Positions 40,783 to 49,182 of a DNA stretch of 64,000 nucleotides are shown here, piece after piece. The translations under genes and the position numbers were made by a program. The stretch comes from Minisyncoccota bacterium (GTDB taxonomy: Bacteria; Patescibacteriota; Minisyncoccia; UBA6257; JAGOQP01). The DNA is taken from NCBI GenBank assembly GCA_017991375.1, contig JAGOQP010000003.1:17525-81524 (forward strand), read 5' to 3'. Under the pieces are notes generated by a model, which saw nothing but the letters and a program-made list of their open reading frames with translations, was not told where the DNA came from and made no database searches. Positions within the stretch are counted from its first letter, which is position 1. Each line of letters opens with the position of its first letter.

Positions 40783-40869
40783 CGGAGAGGGAGGGATTCG
40801 AACCCTCGGACCGGTTTCCCGGTCAACATCTTAGCAGGATGCTGCTATCGACCGCTCAGCCACCTCTCC
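40783..40869 (-). tRNA. tRNA-Ser (anticodon GCT), class II with long variable arm, no encoded CCA
   Basis: Acceptor GGAGAGG/CCTCTCC, anticodon loop CTGCTAA, variable arm TGACCGGGAAACCGGTC, T-loop TTCGAAT. Confidence 0.8.
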
Positions 40870-41026
40870 AGGGTGACTAACAACTAACAACCAACGACTT
40901 TTGAATTTTCTCTTTCCACTTTTCACCTTCCATTTATCCTGAGCGAAGTCGAAGGACTTTTCACTACCACACCATCCTACCCGCAAAATAGCTCAAAATC
41001 AATGTGGGTTATTTTTTGGTCGCAAC

Positions 41027-41530
41027 GTGCTACTATATACGTATATGGAACAACAAGATAAAACAATGTGTTGTCCACCGTTTGATCCCACGCCGTGGAC
41101 AGACAAAGAAATAGTTTGGCAAAACAAGCTGTTTATTAAAGACAAGGTCGCCGCGTTTTTTCATTTTCCCCTTAACATGGGCGCGGTTATAACGAGAATG
41201 TGGAAAAAGGTGACTGACGCGAACGCACAAACCGAGATGAACGATTGGATATTGCTCTCGGATGAGGTGTCTCCGTGGACATCAATACAGTTGATGGCGG
41301 TTACCAAAGAAGTGCCTGGTGCAGAAAATGTGTCGCTCTCGGGAACATTTTTGACAAAGGTATTTGAAGGACCGTACAAAAACGCGCCGCAGTGGTACGC
41401 GCAGATGAATGAGTATGTAAAAGAAAAAGGGTACGAAACGAAAAAATTTTACTTTTACTACACAACATGTCCCACATGTGCCAAAAAGTATGGCAAGAAC
41501 TATGTGGTAACCATTGCTCAAATTAAGTAA
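41027..41530 (+). CDS. hypothetical protein
   Basis: 167 aa; MCCPPFDPTPWTDKEIVWQNKLFIK...YFYYTTCPTCAKKYGKNYV; no confident family assignment. Confidence 0.5.
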   Translation: MLLYTYMEQQDKTMCCPPFDPTPWTDKEIVWQNKLFIKDKVAAFFHFPLNMGAVITRMWKKVTDANAQTEMNDWILLSDEVSPWTSIQLMAVTKEVPGAENVSLSGTFLTKVFEGPYKNAPQWYAQMNEYVKEKGYETKKFYFYYTTCPTCAKKYGKNYVVTIAQIK

Positions 41531-41573
41531 AGCATTTACTATTTATAAACAGTAATAAAATAAAAAATATACT

Positions 41574-42161
41574 ATGAACCCAGAAGAAGAAAAAACAACA
41601 ACGTCTCAAGAAACCAGCCAAAAAAATACTAAGAATAAAAACATTATTCTTATCGCGGTGGGTGTTATTGTGGTACTCGCGATTGTGGGGACGTTGTTTG
41701 GCGGAAAGTTTAGCGTGAGTAACAAGATGGGGGAGAAAATGGGAGAAAAGTTTGCCGAAAAAATTCTTGAAGAACAATTTGGCGGTGATGTTGATGTTGA
41801 CGCGAGCGATGGTTCGGTGAGTGTTAAAACAGACAAGGGAACATTTAGCGCGGGCGATAAAGCAAAATGGCCTTCAGATATACCCAGTAGCGTACCTAAG
41901 TTTTCGGGAGGAACGATTGTGATGGCTGGATCGGCGTTTGGTATGGAAGCGGGGACTGGATGGCAGATAGTGGTCTCAAATGTTTCCGAAAATGATGTCG
42001 TTGACTATCAAAAATCGCTCAAAGCCGCCGGATGGACAACGGGAGCGACCATGGATATCGGGTCTACATTTTTTCAGATGACCAAAGGAGAGCTTATGAT
42101 TGTGGTGATGCATAACACCGATGACAAAACAGTGAGTATTACCGTTGGCCCGAAAAAATAA
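41574..42161 (+). CDS. membrane-anchored hypothetical protein
   Basis: N-terminal TM helix IILIAVGVIVVLAIVGTLF; repeated MGEK; 195 aa. Confidence 0.55.
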   Translation: MNPEEEKTTTSQETSQKNTKNKNIILIAVGVIVVLAIVGTLFGGKFSVSNKMGEKMGEKFAEKILEEQFGGDVDVDASDGSVSVKTDKGTFSAGDKAKWPSDIPSSVPKFSGGTIVMAGSAFGMEAGTGWQIVVSNVSENDVVDYQKSLKAAGWTTGATMDIGSTFFQMTKGELMIVVMHNTDDKTVSITVGPKK

Positions 42162-42184
42162 AAACCAGCAACAAAAATAAGGCA

Positions 42185-42226
42185 TAAAAACATTCCAACA
42201 TTCTTAAGAATGTTGGAATGTTTTTT
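42185..42226 (+). terminator. rho-independent terminator
   Basis: Perfect hairpin CATTCCAACATTCTT-AAGAATGTTGGAATG followed by TTTTTT. Confidence 0.8.
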
Positions 42227-42289
42227 GTGGGGTTGGTGTGTCGCGTATGCGGAAAATGTTCCACGTGAAGTTGACAAAATATAAAAGCG

Positions 42290-42724
42290 GTGTATGATAA
42301 GAATACGCACACGAGAAAGGGGTTAGAAATGACTGGCGGAGAAGTAGCGAGAGTGGTGAGATCCGTGTATGATCTAAGTTTTCAGGTATTTCTCAGGGGA
42401 TTCATGCTCCAATTTTCAAATCCCATGGATCACGGAAGTTATCGAAAACTTCTTCGTTTTGAGAAAGTACTCAAGATCTTGTTGAGTATTCTCACCAAAG
42501 GAGAGTGGGCGAGCGCGACGCTTCCTCCACAAGAGTTGGGGGAAGACGGATTTAGTATGGTTGAGAACATCTTGCGTGAGAATGGGTTTCTTTTTATACA
42601 ACACGACAGAGACGACGCGAGAGATCCTGGTGCCGCTACTATGTCGGTCTCTGTGGCGGCACTCTTTCTTCGTAGATTGGAAGAAGAAAATCTTTTGGGA
42701 GACGAAGCGCCGAGTCCTAAATAG
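42290..42724 (+). CDS. hypothetical protein
   Basis: 144-aa ORF with moderately protein-like composition; no recognisable motif. Confidence 0.35.
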   Translation: MYDKNTHTRKGLEMTGGEVARVVRSVYDLSFQVFLRGFMLQFSNPMDHGSYRKLLRFEKVLKILLSILTKGEWASATLPPQELGEDGFSMVENILRENGFLFIQHDRDDARDPGAATMSVSVAALFLRRLEEENLLGDEAPSPK

Positions 42725-42907
42725 AACACAAACGGTTCGTTACACCAAGACCCCACAAGGGGTCTTTTGTTAGTTGATGATCAATAACTGACGACAAACA
42801 ATAAAAACAAAGAGGGGTGATACCGCAGTTGGTATAAGTCATTAGTTGGTGGTTAACTTAACGCGGTCTTGCTCCTTTCTTTTTTTTCTGGTACAGTAGT
42901 GGGCACG

Positions 42908-44380
42908 ATGCTTACTCAAGATACAAGCGCACAGAGCGGCCCACGACCTCGTCCGCCGATTGTGGTGGTTATGGGGCACGTAGATCACGGCAAGACCACA
43001 TTGCTTGATTTTTTGCGTAAGAGCCGTGTTGCCGAGCGAGAAGCTGGCGGCATTACTCAGTCAATTGGCGCATACGAAGTTGAACGCAACGGAAAAAGAA
43101 TCACTTTTATTGATACGCCAGGGCATCAAGCATTTACTCACATGCGTCAGCGCGGAGCACAGGTTGCCGATGTTGCTATCCTTGTTGTCGCCGCAGATGA
43201 CGGAGTACAACCACAAACAGAAGAGGCAATTTCAATTTTGCAAAATTCAGGGACTCCTTTTGTGGTGGCGATTACCAAAATAGATAAAAATAATGCTGAC
43301 ATAGAAAAAACAAAACAAGATTTGCTCGCGCACGGAGTGTATTTGGAGGGATTTGGAGGAGAGGTGCCGTGGCACGGGATTTCGTCAAAAACAGGTGAGG
43401 GTGTGGATGAACTTCTTGACCTGGTGTTGTTGTTGGAAGAAATGTCTGGATCAACATGTAATCCAGCCGCGCCCGCGAAAGGATTTGTATTGGAATCAAA
43501 AGTAGATAGCCGTCGAGGCATTATCGCGGTTGTCATTGTCAAAGAGGGGACGCTTCGTGTTGGTAGTACTATCGCGACATCGTCGGCGTGTGGGAAAATA
43601 AAAATCTTAGAGGATTTTACTGGTAAACGAGTTGACGAACTTACACCATGCGCGCCCGCGCTCGTGGTGGGGTTTGAGCAATTGCCGGCTATTGGAGAAG
43701 AATATACCGCCGGAGAGTTGGAGATCGAAGCATACAGAAACGCTCTGGTAAAAAAAGAGGACGCGCATACGTTACCAATGCAACAAAACAATGAAGCGGC
43801 CGCAGAAGATGTTATTTCGGTATTCGTAAAAGCGGATGTCTCAGGATCGCTGGAGGCACTCGCACAAGTTATTGCTAGCATGACAACCGATGGCGCTACG
43901 TTTCGTGTCTTGGGCCAGGGGGTGGGTGATATTAGTGACAGTGATATTAAAGACGCAAAAGCAATGAACGCGATTATCGCCGGTTTTAATGTAAAGTTGG
44001 CAAAGTCAGCCGAAAATTTAGCCCGAGCCCATGAAATAAAAATAATTACTTCAAACATAATCTATCGTATCGTTGAGGCGCTCGAAGATATAGCAAAAAA
44101 TCGCGATCGAAAAGAGATCCTGGGCAAATTAGAAGTACTCGCGCTTTTTTCTAAGAAGGATAAAAAACAACTTATAGGAGGACGTGTTACCGAAGGAATA
44201 TTAACGCTCAACCAAAAATTTCACATTGTTCGAGGTGATGAATCATTAGGCATGGGCCGTATTACTAATCTTCAAATGGGAAAAAAGCCGGCCACAAAAG
44301 TTGAAAACTGCGAATGTGGTCTTATGATTGAATCACCGATTGATATTGCCGTCGGAGATATTCTGGTGGTGGAAAAGTAA
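42908..44380 (+). CDS. infB: translation initiation factor IF-2 (short form, G domain to C-terminus)
   Basis: RPPIVVVMGHVDHGKTTLLD, DTPGH, TKIDK; IF2 C-terminal beta-barrels; followed by rbfA. Confidence 0.88.
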   Translation: MLTQDTSAQSGPRPRPPIVVVMGHVDHGKTTLLDFLRKSRVAEREAGGITQSIGAYEVERNGKRITFIDTPGHQAFTHMRQRGAQVADVAILVVAADDGVQPQTEEAISILQNSGTPFVVAITKIDKNNADIEKTKQDLLAHGVYLEGFGGEVPWHGISSKTGEGVDELLDLVLLLEEMSGSTCNPAAPAKGFVLESKVDSRRGIIAVVIVKEGTLRVGSTIATSSACGKIKILEDFTGKRVDELTPCAPALVVGFEQLPAIGEEYTAGELEIEAYRNALVKKEDAHTLPMQQNNEAAAEDVISVFVKADVSGSLEALAQVIASMTTDGATFRVLGQGVGDISDSDIKDAKAMNAIIAGFNVKLAKSAENLARAHEIKIITSNIIYRIVEALEDIAKNRDRKEILGKLEVLALFSKKDKKQLIGGRVTEGILTLNQKFHIVRGDESLGMGRITNLQMGKKPATKVENCECGLMIESPIDIAVGDILVVEK

Positions 44381-44559
44381 AGAAGACAAAAATAAACGAT
44401 TAAGGATGAATGAGTTACACATAGAACGGTAAACGTGGAACGAGCTATAGATCAATGCCGTGCGGTTATCGATTAAAATTATCTCCCCGGCTTTGGTTAA
44501 GGATTATTATTCTATTCCATTGTTGGTTGTAGGTTGTTGGTTGTAAGTTAATTATCATC

Positions 44560-44832
44560 ATGCATCATCGCAAAGAGCGTTTAGAAAGTCTCATCGCTGA
44601 TTTACTCTCGGCTGAGATAGTAAAAAATTTGGAAACGCCGGATGCGCTTATCACTATCACCGGTGTTGAAATAAACGAAGAAGCGGAAACAGCAACAGTT
44701 TTAATATCTGTGTTTCCCGATGAGCGAAAAAAAGATGTTATCAAGGGACTCAAAAAAATAATTCCCGCCCTTTCGTTTATGCTACTTAAAAAAATGCGTA
44801 TCAAAAAAGTTCCAACACTCTTATTTAGATGA
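44560..44832 (+). CDS. rbfA: ribosome-binding factor A
   Basis: 90 aa; RLESLIADLLSAEI...ITITGVEINEEAETATVLISV is the RbfA pattern; conserved infB-rbfA linkage. Confidence 0.75.
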   Translation: MHHRKERLESLIADLLSAEIVKNLETPDALITITGVEINEEAETATVLISVFPDERKKDVIKGLKKIIPALSFMLLKKMRIKKVPTLLFR

Positions 44833-45002
44833 TAAAATAAAGATACGCCATACGATTTACACGTACGGCCTGATAGCCCCCCTTCTCCACCAGAGGCGGA
44901 TTCGGAGGGTACGGCAAGTGGTATAATACAAACACGACCCGGTGGTAAAGTAGGATAATGTAATACATTATCCAGCGGACTGTGCGGGTAACAGAAAAGT
45001 AT

Positions 45003-45074
45003 GGCGCGGTAGCCAAGTGGTAAGGCAGTTCTCTGCAAAAGAACTACACGGCGGTTCAATTCCGCCCCGCGCCT
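45003..45074 (+). tRNA. tRNA-Cys (anticodon GCA), no encoded CCA
   Basis: Acceptor GGCGCGG/CCGCGCC, anticodon loop CTGCAAA, T-loop TTCAATT. Preceded by an extended -10 TGGTATAAT. Confidence 0.75.
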
Positions 45075-45077
45075 CAG

Positions 45078-45374
45078 ATGTCTAAACGTTTTCAGAAAAA
45101 AGTGGAAGATTTTGTGTGCGAGCAATGTGACGCATTAGTTTCTGGTGATGGGTATACAAACCATTGTCCGCGTTGTTTATGGAGCAAACACGTTGATGTA
45201 TTTCCTGGTGATCGCGCTCATACATGTAGGGGACTTATGGAGCCAATTGAAATTCGTATTCGCGCAAGAGAATACGACATTGTTCACAGATGTATTCGTT
45301 GTGGGGTAAGGCGGGTAAATAAAACTGCCGAGCATGACGATGTGGATGCTATCGTGCGGCTATCACAACATTGA
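45078..45374 (+). CDS. RNHCP-domain zinc-ribbon protein
   Basis: CEQCD...YTNHCPRCLWSKHVDVFPGDRAHTCRGLMEP...CIRCG matches the RNHCP family. Confidence 0.7.
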   Translation: MSKRFQKKVEDFVCEQCDALVSGDGYTNHCPRCLWSKHVDVFPGDRAHTCRGLMEPIEIRIRAREYDIVHRCIRCGVRRVNKTAEHDDVDAIVRLSQH

Positions 45375-45407
45375 AGCGGCCTAGTTTGTATGGTATAAAA
45401 CCAGAAA

Positions 45408-45492
45408 GCCCGGGTGATGGAATGGTAGACATGAGGGACTTAAAATCCCTTGAGAGTAACATCTCGTGCCAGTTCGACTCTGGCCCCGGGCA
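45408..45492 (+). tRNA. tRNA-Leu (anticodon TAA), class II, no encoded CCA
   Basis: Acceptor GCCCGGG/CCCGGGC, anticodon stem AGGGA/TCCCT, loop CTTAAAA, long variable arm, T-loop TTCGACT. Confidence 0.75.
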
Positions 45493-45646
45493 CAAAATTA
45501 TATACTCTCGTTGTTTTGGTTAATTATTTTTTGTATAATACAACTATTATAAAAACGATACCTATATGGCAAACAATTATTATTTTCTCAAAAAAGAAGC
45601 GTTCTCATACGGATGAAGCACGACCAAAAAGTATTTTTGGTTTTTT

Positions 45647-46195
45647 GTGCAGGTGCTCGTCATCGTGGTAGTCATTTCGGGTATTTTATCGATGCTTGGA
45701 AATTACTATACGGCGCGCAATGGGGGATTGGGAGCGCTATTTATGCTTCTTAGTTATGTGATCAATTTCTTTCTCGCCGTAGGAGTAACTATGATTGCGC
45801 TTAATGTGTTTGATCAAAAACCAGCGACGTTGAAAATGCTATATGCCGATCCCGCGGTGGTGTGGAGATATTTCTTAGCGACAGTGCTCTATATGCTTAT
45901 TATTCTTGGGGGAACCATCTTGCTCATTGTGCCTGGTATTATATGGGCGATTAAATATTCTCAATACAAATACATTGTTATAGAAAAAAACATTGGTCCA
46001 TGGGAAGCTCTGAAGTTGAGCGGAAGAATAACCAAAGGATCGCGGTGGAATATATTCTTTTTCTTTGTTCTTGTTGGACTCCTTAACGTGCTTGGGGCTA
46101 TTGTGCTTGGTGTGGGACTGTTAGTTACTATTCCGGTATCTATGATGGCATCGGTATGGGTTTATAGAAAATTACTTGGGCGCGGCGAAGCATAG
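45647..46195 (+). CDS. hypothetical multi-TM membrane protein (DUF975-like)
   Basis: 182 aa with four predicted TM helices. Confidence 0.55.
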   Translation: MQVLVIVVVISGILSMLGNYYTARNGGLGALFMLLSYVINFFLAVGVTMIALNVFDQKPATLKMLYADPAVVWRYFLATVLYMLIILGGTILLIVPGIIWAIKYSQYKYIVIEKNIGPWEALKLSGRITKGSRWNIFFFFVLVGLLNVLGAIVLGVGLLVTIPVSMMASVWVYRKLLGRGEA

Positions 46196-46344
46196 CATAA
46201 TGTAGTGACATAATGTTTTCCGCCAGAGGTGGGTCAGCCACAAGCTGGAGTGATAGGTAAACAGAGCGTATAAAAACCTTGACGGGGTATTCTTTGTGTA
46301 TTATGTTAGTACCGGCACCTTACCAGAGAAGGAGGGCTCTATAA

Positions 46345-46620
46345 ATGAGCGGTTCGGTTTTTACTGTTGCGTTTGCTACATTCAGCGGGGTTTTGGAAGC
46401 GCCTTTTGCCAAAACGTTTATCCTGTGCGGTCTTCATACTCTTGAGGAAATGCAAGGGCGGATTAAGAAATGGTTCCAAGATACATACGTTCCCGAGTTT
46501 CGTCGCGGAGTTCCGATGATCAGTGAGATGAAAATCAAAAATCCAGATGGGTTTGTGACGATAAGCGAGCTTGTTGTCGCCCTTCAGGATGAAGAATGCG
46601 AAGTTGTTGTTTTGGAGTGA
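46345..46620 (+). CDS. hypothetical protein (first gene of a two-gene operon)
   Basis: Strong RBS AGGAGGG; 91 aa; candidate promoter TTGACG..TATTAT at 46278-46307. Confidence 0.5.
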   Translation: MSGSVFTVAFATFSGVLEAPFAKTFILCGLHTLEEMQGRIKKWFQDTYVPEFRRGVPMISEMKIKNPDGFVTISELVVALQDEECEVVVLE

Positions 46621-46626
46621 GCGCAC

Positions 46627-46971
46627 ATGCGAGAAGATGTCAGAGTGTTTATTGCCTGTGTGCAGTGCTCAATTAAAGAGAGTAAGCACTACGGATTCAA
46701 CCGGCATGTTGTAATGGATGTGCCTGAGGGCGAGCTCGTTCCCACGTCCAGACGTTTTGTCTACTCATTTTTTACCCCTCGTGTACATGCATGGATAAAA
46801 GAAACCCTAGGCATCCCCCCAGAAGATTTTCATCCGAGCGAGTGGGATATTGTTGGTATTCAGGAGATTCCTCGGGATTCTTCGATCCCCGATGTGTCTA
46901 GTAGGCAGGTACTTGGGGTGATTATTGAAGCTGGCCATGCGCACATTCCGTCTGTTGCAAAGGCCGAGTAG
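46627..46971 (+). CDS. hypothetical protein (second gene of the two-gene operon)
   Basis: RBS GGAG; 114 aa; followed by the terminator hairpin GGCGCC..GGCGCC and a T-tract at about 46990-47025. Confidence 0.5.
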   Translation: MREDVRVFIACVQCSIKESKHYGFNRHVVMDVPEGELVPTSRRFVYSFFTPRVHAWIKETLGIPPEDFHPSEWDIVGIQEIPRDSSIPDVSSRQVLGVIIEAGHAHIPSVAKAE

Positions 46972-47135
46972 ATCGCCAGTATCATCCTTGGCGCCCGTTC
47001 CCACGAGCGCCTTTTGTTTTTACTCTTGATTATCCGCCCTTTCTCCGCTACAGTTTGGAATGGTTATTATTGGTTTTTCACTTGGTGTTTTAGATTTTTT
47101 CTATCAGCTATAAGCCATAAGCTCTTAGCCAAATC

Positions 47136-47463
47136 GGCCTCATCGTCTAACGGTTAGGACAGTGCCCTTTTCCACCATCGGTGGATCGCCCATAGGGGGA
47201 CACGGCATACGCGTCAATATGTTCTATGTATATGTGTTAAAATCACTTGGACATAGCCGACATTATATCGGCATAACTAATAACGGAAAGAAAAGATTGC
47301 AAAAACATAACAGCGGATCGGTTCGTTCCACAAAAGCATATAGACCATGGGCTATAGCTTGGATAGAAGAATACAATAACAAAACAGATGCTCGCAGGAG
47401 AGAATTACTACTGAAAAATAATTACACGTTAAGAAAAGAGTTATTCGAAAAAATAGAAAAATC
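47136..47463 (+). repeat. tandem unit 1: tRNA-Glu 5'-half copy (35 nt) plus GIY-YIG ORF
   Basis: 328-bp unit, near-identical to 47464-47791 (1-2 mismatches). Confidence 0.9.
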
Positions 47464-47485
47464 GACCTCATCGTCTAACGGTTAG
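47219..47485 (+). CDS. GIY-YIG nuclease family small protein (copy 1)
   Basis: MFYVYVLKSLGHSRHYIGITNNGKKRLQKHN...; about 89 aa. The last roughly 11 codons and the stop are encoded by the following tRNA-Glu 5'-half copy. Confidence 0.7.
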   Translation: MFYVYVLKSLGHSRHYIGITNNGKKRLQKHNSGSVRSTKAYRPWAIAWIEEYNNKTDARRRELLLKNNYTLRKELFEKIEKSTSSSNG

Positions 47486-47791
47486 GACAGTGCCCTTTTC
47501 CACCATCGGTGGATCGCCCATAGGGGGACACGGCATACGCGTCAATATGTTCTATGTATATGTGTTAAAATCACTTGGACATAGCCGACATTATATCGGC
47601 ATAACTAATAACGGAAAGAAAAGATTGCAAAAACATAACAGCGGATCGGTTCGTTCCACAAAAGCATATAGACCATGGGCTATAGCTTGGATAGAAGAAT
47701 ACAATAACAAAACAGATGCTCGCAGGAGAGAATTACTACTGAAAAATAATTACACGTTAAGAAAAGAGTTATTCGAAAAAATAGAAAAATC
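47464..47791 (+). repeat. tandem unit 2: tRNA-Glu 5'-half copy plus GIY-YIG ORF
   Basis: See unit 1. Confidence 0.9.
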
Positions 47792-47813
47792 GGCCTCATC
47801 GTCTAACGGTTAG
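47547..47813 (+). CDS. GIY-YIG nuclease family small protein (copy 2)
   Basis: Identical to copy 1 except one residue near the C-terminus. Its C-terminus is encoded by the 5' half of the intact tRNA-Glu gene. Confidence 0.7.
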   Translation: MFYVYVLKSLGHSRHYIGITNNGKKRLQKHNSGSVRSTKAYRPWAIAWIEEYNNKTDARRRELLLKNNYTLRKELFEKIEKSASSSNG

Positions 47814-47866
47814 GACAGTGCCCTTTCACGGCATAAATTCGGGTTCGATTCCCGATGAGGTCACCA
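47792..47866 (+). tRNA. tRNA-Glu (anticodon TTC) with encoded CCA
   Basis: Acceptor GGCCTCA/TGAGGTC, D-arm GTCT..GGAC, anticodon loop CTTTCAC, T-loop TTCGATT, then ACCA. Confidence 0.8.
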
Positions 47867-47867
47867 A

Positions 47868-47900
47868 AATAAATAGCACCGAAGGTGTTATTTATTTTGG
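47868..47900 (+). terminator. rho-independent terminator after tRNA-Glu
   Basis: AAATAAATAGCACC-GAA-GGTGTTATTTATTTT. Confidence 0.6.
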
Positions 47901-48237
47901 TGATACTAAGCGAAATCGAACTATAAGCCCCCGTGGCGCCTGCCTGCTGTAGGCAGGGAAGATATGGAAGAATATTTGACATAGAAAAGCAACCAGGTTT
48001 ATAATATTAATCATGTTCAAGGCAATATTGAGCATCTAAGGCCGGAGTCGGGGATCCTCAAGATTATAAGAGTAAATTTCTGAGATCTGTGGTCACTCAA
48101 AAGATGCTTATAAATCACAGTTCTAAAAATAGTTGCCGGAGTCGGAACCCCTCATAAAAAACATCTTGATAATTAAGGTGTTTTTTGTTTTTGATGTGGA
48201 TAATGGAGGAATATTATTGTACACTGAACATATTCTC

Positions 48238-48891
48238 ATGTGGTATTTATACTTGGATGAAAGCGGTGATTTAGGTTTTGATTTTGTTAATAAAAAACCA
48301 ACAAAATTCTTCACCGTAACTATTCTAGCTGTTAGCTCTCGAGATGCTAACAGAAAGTTATTTAATGCTGCGAAAAAAACATTAAATCAAAAACTCAATA
48401 ACAAAAAACATAGGAAAAGAATCATTTCTGAGCTTAAAGGAACTGGAACCACAATAATAATCAAAAAATATTTTTTTGAAAAAGTTAAGAACACAAAATT
48501 TGGCCTCTATTCTATCACTTTGAACAAAAAACGAGTGTATGCAACTCTGGCAGAAAATAAATCAAGAGTTTATAACTATATTTCAAGACAGGTTTTAGAC
48601 CGCATACCTTTTGAAAAATATGACTCTGATAGAGTAGAGCTAATCATAGATAAGTCTATGGCAAAACCAGAAATCTCAGAGTTTAATTCTTATATTAGGC
48701 GCCAACTAGAAGGAAGAATCTCCCCAAACACGCCGTTGGATATATATCACCGCTTGTCTCATGAAAATTTTGGATTGCAAATTGTCGATTTGTTTTGCTG
48801 GGGCATTTTTGAAAAGTACGAAAAACCAAAAAACGATGATTGGTTTAACATTTTTAAAGAAAAAGTACTGCTTGACGAGCAGTACCTATAA
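48238..48891 (+). CDS. DUF3800-family protein
   Basis: N-terminal MWYLYLDESGDLGFDF matches the DUF3800 YxDESG signature. The locus is very AT-rich and Lys/Asn-rich and looks foreign. Confidence 0.6.
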   Translation: MWYLYLDESGDLGFDFVNKKPTKFFTVTILAVSSRDANRKLFNAAKKTLNQKLNNKKHRKRIISELKGTGTTIIIKKYFFEKVKNTKFGLYSITLNKKRVYATLAENKSRVYNYISRQVLDRIPFEKYDSDRVELIIDKSMAKPEISEFNSYIRRQLEGRISPNTPLDIYHRLSHENFGLQIVDLFCWGIFEKYEKPKNDDWFNIFKEKVLLDEQYL

Positions 48892-49182
48892 AGACCCCTT
48901 GCGGGGGAGCTGCCTTATAGATTTGTAGTGTCCACACTATAGCCAACCGATGGATGGGAACATGTGGAACAATCTATAAAGGGCTAACGCTCAAATATAG
49001 ATTAGCATAAATTCTATAAAAAACAACAAATTTTGTGGATAAGTTAAAAACGAATCCTAATATGAGCTAGGTTTTATTAGGTTTTTATAAATAGGATAGT
49101 ATTTACAGATATATAGATAATTATTGACTCCACTCTCAAAAAGAGGCACTATTTTAATATACGGGCCAAAAGCCCTATTTCT

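Noticed and set aside
40590-40800. Active integrative element with integrase at tRNA-Ser
   Set aside because: No integrase or recombinase ORF is present, and the two att-like copies are only about 175 bp apart. It is interpreted as a remnant or footprint only.
43147-44058. 303-aa minus-strand ORF
   Set aside because: It is antisense to infB and has Ala/Ser-rich nonsense composition.
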